From Chiloscyllium plagiosum (lineage: Eukaryota): a stretch of DNA of 20,000 bases. The position numbers and the translations under genes are program-made. The stretch lies in NCBI RefSeq assembly GCF_004010195.1, contig NC_057718.1, positions 56,336,984-56,356,983 of the forward strand, given 5' to 3'. The notes under the pieces were generated by a model that was not told the origin of the DNA, did no database searches, and worked only from the letters and a program-made list of their open reading frames with translations. Positions 10,531 to 20,000 of this stretch are shown here, one piece after another; the first letter of the stretch is position 1, and the number at the start of each line of letters is the position of its first letter.

Positions 10531-10716
10531 GGTAAAAACAAGGACTGCAGATGCTGGAAACTAGATTCTAGATTAGAGTGGTGCTGGAAAAGCACAGCAG
10601 TTCAGGCAGCATCCAAGGAGCAGGAAAATCGACGTTTCGGGCAAAAGTCCTTCATCAGGAATAGAGGCAGAGTGCCTGCAGGGTGGAAAGATAAATGAGA
10701 GGAGGGTGGGGGTGGG
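10531..10716 (-). mobile_element. Short Penelope pLTR fragment with tail (copy E)
   Basis: Near-identical reverse complement of 7023-7186 (about 8 mismatches by manual count). Interrupts the old LINE RT. No TSD seen. Confidence 0.88.
10631..10658 (-). ncRNA. Minimal hammerhead motif, one helix II mismatch
   Basis: Minus strand CTGATGA-A-GGAC-TTTT-GCCC-GAAA-C-GTC. Confidence 0.55.
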
Positions 10717-11391
10717 ACAAACCTGAGCAATTTTCCACATTGCTGGGTAAATGATAGTGTTGTAGCTGTACTGGAAACAGCTTAGCTGAGGGCATAGCAA
10801 TGTCTGAAGCACATGTCTTAGTACTATTACTGTAATATTGTCAAAGCTGATAGACTTTGCAGTATCCAGTGCAAAGTCCACTCATTACTTGATATCATGG
10901 AGAATGAATGGGATCAGCTAAAGTCTGACATCTGTCAGGTTGAGATGGTTCATTAACTCAGCACTTATGGCTGAAGGTTGGTGTAAATGCTTTACGTTAT
11001 TTTTTGCACTGACGTACTTGACCTTAGTCAATAAGGATGGGGTGTTTAAAAACCTTTTTCAATTAATTGTTTAATTGACCACCACCATTCACAACTGGAT
11101 GTGGCAGGACTGCAGAGCTTAAATTTGATCTATTGATTGTGGAATTGGTTACGTCTGCTCTGTGGCATGTAAGTAACCCTTCTTTGAAGCTTCATCAGGC
11201 TGACACCTCCTGCTTAGGTATGTCTGGTGCTGTTCTCCTGCACTCTTCATTGAACCAAGGTTGATTTCCTGACTTAGTGGTAATGGCAGAATGGGGGAAT
11301 ATGCTAGTTCATGAGGCTGCAGATTGTGTTGGGGTCAAATTCTGCTGCTGCTAATGGCCCACATCACCTCACGGCTGCCCAGTCTAGAGTT

Positions 11392-12110
11392 ATCGAGTCA
11401 TAGAGTCATATAGTACAAAAACAGACCCTTTGGTCCAACGGTTCCGTGCCCACCAGACATCCCAATCTGATAGTCTGGTTTGCCAGCATTTGGCCCATAT
11501 CCTTGCAAACCCTTTCAATTCATATACCCATCTATATGCCTCTTAAGTGTTGTAATTGTAATTGTACCTGACTCCACTACTTCCTCTGGCAACTTGTTTC
11601 ATACACACACCATCCTCTGAGTGAAAATGTTACCCCTCAGGCCTTTTTACATCTTTTCCCTCTCACCTTAAACCTATGTCTCTAGTTTTAGACTCCCACA
11701 CTGAAGGAAAAAGACCTTGGCTTTTCACCTTATCCATGCCCCTCATGATTTTATACATTTCTATAAGGTCACAACCCAGCCTCTGATGCTACAGGGAAAA
11801 AAAACTCAGCCTATTCAGCCTCTCCCTATAACTCAAACCCTCCAGTTCTGGCAACATTTTCGTAAATCTTTTCTGTACTCTCTCAAGTTTAACAACATCC
11901 TTCCTAAAGGATGGCGACCAGAGTTGTATGCAATATTCTAAAAGTGGCCTAATCAATGCCCTGAACAGCTACAACATGATGTCCCAACTCCTATACCCAA
12001 CTCCTGACCAATGAAGACAAGTGTGCCAAACTCCTTCTTCACCATTCTCTGTACCTGCAACACCACTTTCAAGGAACAATGCACCTGTTCTGCTAGGTCT
12101 CTTTGTTCAG
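11392..12110 (-). mobile_element. CR1 (HER1-like) LINE 3' fragment
   Basis: Reverse complement of the 3' part of 14974-16143. Ends in the TATGACTC repeat tail. Possible AGAGTT TSD (11386-11391 and 12109-12114). Confidence 0.85.
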
Positions 12111-12829
12111 AGTTGCTAGATTTGTTCAAAATCAATCCAGTTAGCATGGTGATAGGGCCACAGAATACGATTTAGGACATTTTTGGTGTGAAAAAGGGAC
12201 TTTGTCTCCATAATTGCTGTGCAGTGGTCACTCGTACCAGCACAGCCATGGAAAGGTGCAGCTGAGGCAGATAGACTGATGAGGATGAGGTTAAATATGT
12301 TTTTTCCTCTTGTTGGTTCCCTCATCACCCACCACAGATTCAGTTTAATAGTTACGTCTTTAGGACTCAACCAACTCAGTCAGTGGAGTGCTGTTGAGTC
12401 AGTCTTGGTGGTGAACATTGAAGTCCCCCACTCAAAGTACATTCTGCACCCTTGCCACCTTCAGTGCCATCTCCAAGTGGCATTTAATATAAAGAAATAC
12501 TGATTCACAGCTGAGGGGTGGAATGCCACTTCCCAGCTTGCAGCATTTGAAGTGTTGCGCAGCTGGATTCCAAATATAGCACCGGCGCTGTACATGCCAG
12601 AAGGTCCCAGCAGTGATGAGTACTTTCATCCCTTCTGCTGTGTAATTTGGGCTCAGTTGCATAATTAATAGTGTGAAACGTGGAATGACAGAAGTTGCTC
12701 CAATCATGGAAAATTGTGGGCCATGAATGTCACAACAAAACACTAACTGCAAATGGGAAGATTCCACCCTTACAATTTGAGGTGAGCCCTGAATGGGCCA
12801 ACAAGATTATTCAATCGAGGCAGCCACAG

Positions 12830-13118
12830 TGGGAAGTTCAAAACTAGAGGGCATAAGTTTAGGGTGAGACGGGAAAGCGACCTAAGGGGCAATTTTTTCA
12901 TGCAAAGAGTGATGCATGTATGGAATGAGCTGCCAGAGGAAGTGGTGGAAGCTTGTACAATTATAACATTTAAAAGGTACCTGGATGGGTATTTGAATAG
13001 GAAGGGTTTCCAGGGATATGGGTCAAGTGTTGGCAAATGGGACTAGATTAATATAGGATATCTGGTCAGCATGGACAAGTTCGAAGCAGGGTCTGTTTCT
13101 GTACATCTCTATGACTAT
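12830..13118 (+). mobile_element. CR1 (HER1-like) LINE 3' fragment
   Basis: Encodes DLRGNFFMQRVMHVWNELPEEVVEA..ITFKRYLDGYL (CR1 ORF2 C-terminus). Ends ACATCTCTATGACT. Confidence 0.88.
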
Positions 13119-14340
13119 GTCATCAAATCTGGTCAGGCTGAATTCAAAAGAGCAATTCAACTCTAAAGGCTATTTTTTGTGGCTTTGTCCTTGTTCCATG
13201 CAAGCTAACAGTTGTATGCAATTTCCTAGTTTTCATGAAAGATAAGCAACCTGACAGTGCACGAGCCACTGAATGTTGCAGTTTCTTTTACATTTTAACC
13301 CTGGCAGATGTTTGAGAGGCAGCATTGCTGTGATGCCAGTAATGTTACATTGTTTGCTGTAATTGCACAAGGCTTCTGGTAGAGATTCCTGGCACCTACT
13401 TTCGTGTATTGCATTGACAGTACTACAATTCTAAATCACACTCACACGAGTGTGAAGCATTCAGTAGACAATGGTGTAAATGATGGTACAGAAAATCATT
13501 CATCCTCATATGGTACTGGATCCAGGTTCTCTTGAGCTATCCATGAGCTCTGACCTCCTCAGGCTCTGCTCAGGCTGCCTTTATTGCCATTCATAGACAA
13601 AAGAACATTCCTTCATCCAGGAGGGTCTTCAGGAAAATTTTGCCTGGTCTCTAGTACTTCCTGGGATGGGTGGGATTGATAAGCAAAGGTGAAAGATGCT
13701 CTATGTTGCAGACAGTCCAGGGCTGTCTGGGTACCTCTTAAATATGGTGCCCAGATGTTGGTATCCAGATGATCCTGCTGGACATCCTGCCTATAGAGTG
13801 TGCCATCTTACGTGCACAGGCATATGTAATAAGCTAAGAAGAACATAGGCACTCTGGAAAATCAGCTCTGTCCCTGTAATAACTCAGGAATCTTGACTGT
13901 AAAGGAACATCATATTGCTGAACACCAAATTGGAGCCACTATTCATGGCATGCACAGGCCACATGCCCAATCAGAAACAAACAGTTCTGCACATCTATCC
14001 CAGTATTGGTTTATCTTTTATTACTCCTGGATCTGCTTTTTTTGTGTGTTTGTTTTTAAACTACTATCCACTACTAGTAAAAATACCCTGTAGCCAATTC
14101 AAAATCTATGTAAAGCCTATTATGGACAGTTCAAATTCGGTCTGCTCAGCTGATGAGTTATAAGTTGGGCAGGTCACTGCCGTTACCAGAGGAACTCATA
14201 TTGTAAAGAGCTACATATGGAGATTAATTAGGAATTTCCTTTCTAGGGATTATCACAATCCTGAAGTGAAGTATACATTTTTTAGGCCAACTCTTACAAT
14301 TAGCCTCAGAAGACAAAATTGCACATAAAACGTGTGTTTC

Positions 14341-14934
14341 TGTTGAAGAAAACTCTCAGACTCGGACCTTGCGAACTGATTAGTTTATTACACGATATAT
14401 CATCGGGAATTCACCGTCCTAACTGTGGCTCAGTGTTATTCCGAAGTACATTAGGATACTACAGGATTATGTAGAGAAAACAGATAGGAGCTGATCGTTA
14501 ATTACACAGTTTGGCATGCTTACAAGTTGGTACTAAACTAGAGGTTAGTCATTAAGTTCAAAACTAAAGCACTATTATGCATTCTACAAGTGGACAGATC
14601 AAATGGTATCACCACCTGCTCTAGTTATACAGATTGCTAATACTAAGCAGAGATATCCTTAATTGACTGATTAACCGTGAAGACGCAATAACTAGAGAAG
14701 GAAGGGGGACTAATTGGACAGTCTATGTCAGCTTGACTAGTTCTACAGCCTGCGCTGATTTTCCAGCAAAGGGAGGAGACACTACCTTGAGAAGGAAGAT
14801 AAGGACAACCTTTTACATTACCTCATAGTAAGGAATGCATAGCCAGCAAAGTTCTGGCTGGGGACACAAAATGGAACTCTCAACCGAATTAGGAAAATGG
14901 CTTCCAGGCAAATAATGTTAACTTTTCCCCAACA
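14341..14934 (-). mobile_element. Solo LTR, 594 bp
   Basis: TGTTG...CAACA termini (10/12 inverted repeat TGTTGAAGAAAA vs TGTTGGGGAAAA). Perfect 5-bp TSD GTTTC at 14336-14340 and 14935-14939. AATAAA on the minus strand at 14389-14384. Confidence 0.8.
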
Positions 14935-14973
14935 GTTTCATATTTCATCCATTTTCTCTTTCGCATTATTAGT

Positions 14974-16143
14974 TTGATGAGGGCAGACCAGTAGATATGA
15001 TCTATATGGACTTTAGTAAGGCATTTGACAAGGTTCCCCATGGGAGACTGGTTAGCAAGGTCATGGAATACAGGGAGAACTAGCCATTTAGATACAGAAC
15101 TTGCTCAAAGGTAGAAGACACAGGGTGGTGGTGGAGGATTGTTTTTCAGAGTGGAGGCCTGTGATAGGTGGAGTGCCACAAAGATCAGTGCTGAGTCCTC
15201 TACTTTTTGTCATTTACATAAATGATTTGGATGGGAGCATAAGAGGTATAGTTAGTAAGTTTGCTGATGACACCAAAATTGGAGGTGTAGTGGACAGCGA
15301 AGGAAATTACATCAGCTTACAACAGGATCTTAACCAGATGGAGTTTAATTCAGTTAAATGCGAGGTGCTGCGTTTTGGGAAAGCAAATTTTAGCAGGACT
15401 TATACAGTTAATGGTAAGATCCTAGGGAGTGTTGCTGAACAAAGAGACCTTGGAGTGTAAGTTCATAACTCCTTGAAAGTGCAGTCACAGGTAGATAGGA
15501 TAGTGAGGAAGGCGTTTGTATGCTTTCCATTATTGGTCAGAGTATTGAGTACAGGAGTTGGGAGGTCATGTTGCGGCTGTACAGAACATTGGTTAGGCCA
15601 CTGTTGGAACATTGCGTGCAATTCTGGTCTCCTTCCAATCGGAAAGTTGTGAAACTTGAAAGTGTTCAGAAAAGAGTTACAAGGATGTTGCCAGGGTTGA
15701 GGATTTGAGCAATAGGGAGAGGCTGAACAGGCTGGGGCTGTTTTCCCTGGAGCGGAGGCTGAGGGGTGACCTTATAGAGGTTTACAAAATTATGAGGGGC
15801 ATCGATAGGATAAATAGACAAAGTCTTTTCCCTGGGAGTCCAGAATTAGAGGGCATAGGTTTAATGTGAGAGGGGCAAGATATAAAAGAGACCTAAGGGG
15901 CAACTTTTTCACATAGAGGGTGGTATGTGTATGGAATGAGCTCCCAGAGGAAGTGGTGGAGGCTGGTACAATTGCAATATTTAAAAGACATTTGAATGGG
16001 TATATGAATAGGAAGGGTTTGGAGGGATAAGGCCCGGGTGCTGGCAGATGGGACTAGATTGGGTTGGGATATCTGATCGGCATGGACGAGTTCGGCCGAA
16101 GGGTCTGTTTCCATGCTGTACATCTCTATGACTCGATGATTCT
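14974..16143 (+). mobile_element. 5'-truncated CR1 (HER1-like) LINE with RT domain, degenerate
   Basis: DMIYMDFSKAFDKVPH, GVPQRSVLSPLLFVIYINDLD, SKFADDTKIGG, LYRTLVRPLLEHCVQFWSP, with frameshifts and stops. 3' tail CTCTATGACTCGATGATTCT. Confidence 0.92.
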
Positions 16144-16189
16144 GTTTAAGGGGGACCAATATTTACTTTCAGCTAGATTCTTCTTTTTC

Positions 16190-17005
16190 ATTTACTCATG
16201 AAATTGAAAAATTGTGGCCCCAACAGTGACCCTTGTCACTGGCTGCCATCCTGAGAAGAACACTTTTATTCCTACTCTCTGCTTTCTGCCAGACAGCCAA
16301 ACTTCCTTCCATGCTAGCACCTTGCCTCTGACACCTTGGGCCCTTATCTTACTCAGTAGCCTCCTGTACAGCACCCTGTCAAGGGGCTTCTTGAAGTCCA
16401 AGTAGATAACATCTATTGGCTCTCCTTGATCTAACTTGCTCAATACTTCCTCAAAGATTTCTAGCAGATTTGGCATGATCTCCCATTGATGAACCCATGC
16501 TGAGTTTGCCCTATTTTACCATACACTTCCAAGTATTCAGAAATCTTGTTCTTCACAATGGATTCCAGGATCTTACCCATGACCAAGGTTAGGCTATAAT
16601 TTTCTGTCTTTTGCCTTACTCCCTTTTTAAACAGGGTGTAACGTTGGTGATTTTGCCATTCTCTGAGACCCTCCCTGATTCTAGCAATTCCTGAAGGATC
16701 ACCACTAACACTTCCACTATTTCTTCAGCTATCTCCCTTAGAACTCTGGGTGTAGTCTATCTGGTCCAAGTGATTTGTACACCTTCAGGCCATTCAGGTT
16801 TTCTAATATGATAGCCACCATACTCAGCTTTGCCCCCTGACTCTCTTGAATGTTTGGGATATTACTTGTGTCTTCCACCATGAAAACTGATGTGAAGTAA
16901 TTATTCAGTTCATCAAACATTTCCTTGTTCCCCACTACTATTTCTCCTGTGTCATTTTCCAGTGGTCCAATGTCCATTTTTGCCTCTCTTTTGTCTTCTG
17001 GCCTA
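16190..17005 (-). mobile_element. Internal CR1 ORF2 fragment (different subfamily)
   Basis: IGPLENDTGEIVVGNKEMFDELNNYFTSVF, KSLGPDRLHP and NLLEIFEEV...IDVIYLDFKK...WLSGRKQRVGI. Boundaries are approximate. Confidence 0.85.
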
Positions 17006-17413
17006 TTCACAGATTCACATTACTTTGAAGTGTGCACCCTTTCCTATCTCACCATTACTGAACTTACCCAAATTGTTATATTTCTAGCGTTTGACTTTTT
17101 TAAAATTTCTAAATCTCAACCACCTGAACCTGTTAGCTTAAAGACCTATATCCATGGTTGTTATTATAGAATTGCACATCACATCGAGCCATTTAACACT
17201 CTAATCTGCTTGACCCAAAGCAACTGACATGCTTCAGGAAGCAATTTGAAAATGAATATTTGTGAGCTTGGGTTCCCAAAAAAAGTTTATTCTAAATTCC
17301 CATTGTTATTCATTGTGAATCTACTTAAGAGTGAAAATTATAGAAAAGTAGTTGAAGTTGACTTCAACTCATTCATTCGGTTCTGATTATATCTGCAGAG
17401 ACCTTGATTTTCA

Positions 17414-17713
<300 letters not shown>

Positions 17714-18276
17714 TCACACTCATTATTTCATATTCTTCGGGTCAACATTTGTCTCCGAGTCGTGACAGAGCATATATCTAAAAGAGCTTTTAAGATCTTG
17801 TCCCCCATTACACTGACCATCGGTGTTAACAGTTATGAATCTCGCAATCCCCAGTTGGTTACTAAGGGAGCGAAACGACACACCGCACGATTTTCTGGGA
17901 AATGTAGTTTCAGCTCCACCAGTCTTTCAAAAAGACAACGTTTCTTTTCATAATCGGATTTAATTTTGTTGAACAGAAACAAATTATCTAGTTGCAAACG
18001 CAACATATGAAAAGTATTAACTTTAAACGGTATTTTATCGTTAGTTAGTTAACTCCCACAATGCAATGCATCAGGTTGTCTTGATCTTGAATAAAATTAT
18101 TAGAAATCAAGGTATCGATTTCATGTGGAAATACTTTGAAATGTACTTTAATATTTGTTTCAATGCCTGGAAAAGCGAATGATATTTTGAAAATTTGAAG
18201 TGCATCGAATACGGAGTTACCTAGACACCCACGCCCTGCTGGAAGGTTTGGAAAACCCCGTGGCTTGGGCACAAGG

Positions 18277-18314
18277 TCCTCTTTCGATACTGTGCTTTTA
18301 GAGTGCAGAAGTTG
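18277..18314 (+). promoter_or_regulatory. RPS27A: Polypyrimidine initiator (TCT/5'TOP) and short non-coding exon 1 of RPS27A
   Basis: TCCTCTTTCGAT at 18277 fits the ribosomal-protein TCT initiator. It is followed by donor TTG|GTAAGT at 18315 and a 92-nt intron with a pyrimidine tract ending in AG at 18405-18406. Confidence 0.75.
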
Positions 18315-18424
18315 GTAAGTCTGAGCTCCCGGTTTAACAGACATGTTATACAGCGTTAGCTCTCTGCCATCCGATTTTTATTTTTATCTTTTTTGGCCCC
18401 ATTTAGGTGGTTCGAGGTTTAAAA

Positions 18425-18472
18425 ATGCAGATCTTCGTAAAAACCCTCACGGGGAAAACGATAACCCTCGAA
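18425..18472 (+). CDS. RPS27A: Ubiquitin-40S ribosomal protein S27a fusion, first coding segment (ubiquitin residues 1-16)
   Basis: Encodes exactly MQIFVKTLTGKTITLE followed by a perfect GTAAGT donor. An intron after codon 16 is the RPS27A layout (UBB/UBC coding regions are intronless; UBA52 splits later). The exon starts at acceptor tttAG|G (18407). The divergent neighbour is CLHC1. The S27a part is outside the window, so the symbol rests on intron position and synteny. Confidence 0.9.
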
Positions 18473-18878
18473 GTAAGTACGGGGCGGGCAGCCGGCGCTG
18501 ACTCGAGGCCTCCTCCAGGTCTCGAGTCGAAACAAAACGTGCAAATGCCTCGAGCTGAAAATTAATATTTAATGTAATGTTGATTAAAGCTGTATTTAGT
18601 ATGCGCTCAGTATCCGGCTAGTGTCGTCTTAAGTTTACGAATCCCAAGGCCTTAAATATCATATGTAAATGTTTTTAAGGTAGTGGTTGTGAATTTATGG
18701 GTGTTTTTATTCATTTAAACAAGGCTACACGAGTAATTGAGTTTTGAGGATTAAGGAGTGCGGTCTATTAACATTAACTCTTGTTTTAATCTGATCATAA
18801 ATTAAAGTTTAGTTTGGCATTAAGTTGATTTACTCCACTCGAAAATCATTTGATTCTGTGCCTTAAGTATGTGAGCGC

Positions 18879-19702
18879 TTAAGACTATAAGAAATAGGAG
18901 TGGAAATAAGACCATTTGGCCCATCGAGACCATTCCACCATTCAATCATAGCTGATGGGCACTTCAACGCCACTTATCTGCACTCTCCCTGTATCCCTTA
19001 ATCCCTTGTGAGATTAAGAATATCAATCTCCGCCTTGACATTTAACAACCGGCCTCTAGTGCGCTCCGTGGCAATGAATTCCATAGGCCACTCACTATTC
19101 TCTGGCTGAAGAAATGTCTCCTTATTTCTGTTTTAAAGTGACCTCTAATTCTAAGGCTGTGCCCACTGGTTCTCGTATCCCTGCCTGACGGAAACATTCC
19201 CAGCGTCCACCCTTTCTAAGCCATACATTATCTTCTAAGTTTCTATTAGATCTCCCCTCAGCCTTCTGAACTGTGATGAAACCAATCCCAGGATCCTCTG
19301 CCGTTCGTTGTATGTTAGTCCCACCATTCCAGGGATCATCTGTGTGAATCTCTGCTGGACATGCCCCAGTGCCAGTATGTCCTTTCTGAGTTATGGGGCC
19401 TAACCAGAGCTTTATGAAGTCTCCGTAGCACATTGCTGCTTTTACATTCCAACCATCTTGAGATAAATGACAACATTACATTTGCTTTCTTAACCACGGA
19501 CTCAACCTGCAAGCCAACCTTTAGAGAATCCTGGACTAGCACTCCTAGATCCCTTTGTACTTTGGCTTTATGAATTTTCTCACCATTTCGAAATTAGTCT
19601 GCCTGTATTTTTTTTCCAAAGTGCAAGACCTTGCATTTGCTCAACTGAATTTCATCAGCCATTTCTTGGACCACTCTCTTAAACTGTCTAAGTCTTTCTG
19701 CA
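18879..19702 (-). mobile_element. CR1 LINE 3' fragment in the RPS27A intron
   Basis: KCKVLHFGKK, LVQDSLKVGLQVESVVKKANVMLSFISR...LHKALVRPH. The 3' end reads ATAAGAAATAGGAG...CCATTTGGCCCATCGAG on the plus strand. Confidence 0.85.
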
Positions 19703-20000
19703 AGGAGAAAGTGAGGACTGCAGATGCTGAACATCAGAGCTGAAAATTTGTTGCTGGAAAAGCGCAGCAGGTCAGGCAGCATCCAAGGAGCAGGAGAATC
19801 GACGTTTTGGGCACAAGCCCTTCTTCAGGAATGAGGAAGGTGTGCCAAGCAGGCTAAGATAAAAGGTAGGGGGGAGGGGTGTTGGAAATGCGATAGGTGG
19901 AAGGAGGTTAAGGTGAGGGTGATAGGCCGGAGTGGGGATGGGGGCGGAGAGGTCAGGAAGAAGATTGCAGGTTAGGAAGGTGGTGCTGAGTTCAAGGGTT
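19703..20000 (-). mobile_element. Penelope pLTR (copy F, same subfamily as D), continuing beyond the window
   Basis: GGAGAAAGTGAGGACTGCAGATGCTG tail and TGCTGGAAAAGCGCAGCAGGTCAGGCAGCATCC. The hammerhead motif at 19801-19828 has GAAA mutated to AAAA. Confidence 0.88.

Larger units (their letters stand above)
9934..12520 (-). mobile_element. Old degenerate LINE (CR1/L2/Crack group) ORF2 remnant, interrupted by two younger insertions
   Basis: Endonuclease-like ARVQNVL.VGDFNVHH at about 12410-12460. RT-like LDTAK...FQYSYNTIIYPAMWKIAQVCP (10717-10870) resumes as KQDNSNLAN across the insertion. Decayed catalytic motif GMFTDDYTMF at about 10115-10143. Confidence 0.75.

Noticed and set aside
12520..14160. 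Possible old DNA-transposon (Harbinger/MITE-like) remnants with an AAATATRGYRCC motif near 12572 and 13741
   Set aside because: No terminal inverted repeats, TSD or transposase motifs could be identified by eye.
18425..18472. UBA52, polyubiquitin or a ubiquitin pseudogene
   Set aside because: The intron after codon 16, TCT initiator, intact splice sites and CLHC1 neighbour all favour a functional RPS27A.
18473..18880. snoRNA in the RPS27A intron (hairpin followed by an AAACAA H-box-like motif)
   Set aside because: The hairpin is too short and lacks a pseudouridylation pocket. There is no convincing second hairpin/ACA or C/D box pair.

Overview
Vertebrate nuclear DNA, very probably a cartilaginous fish (shark): this is inferred from an HE1-type SINE, CR1-type LINEs and abundant Penelope-like elements. 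The window holds the 5' ends of two head-to-head genes. CLHC1 is on the minus strand, with four coding exons in consistent splice phase (17635-17453, 8894-8707, 1773-1634, 956-755), and continues beyond position 1. RPS27A (ubiquitin-S27a fusion) is on the plus strand, with a TCT/TOP-type non-coding exon 1 and a coding exon 18425-18472 (MQIFVKTLTGKTITLE), and continues beyond 20000. The introns are filled with transposons: Penelope-like retroelement pieces with six 3' pseudo-LTR copies, several CR1 fragments, an older CR1/L2-group LINE, two SINEs and two probable solo LTRs. There is an 888-nt N gap at 6131-7018. Most notable: every Penelope pLTR carries a minimal type I hammerhead ribozyme motif. 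In one copy, sense to the CLHC1 pre-mRNA, a 16-nt duplication could supply the missing helix III in cis. There is also an inverted-pLTR Penelope insertion with a 14-bp TSD and a clean 594-bp solo LTR with a 5-bp TSD. Family names come from motif recognition, not database searches.
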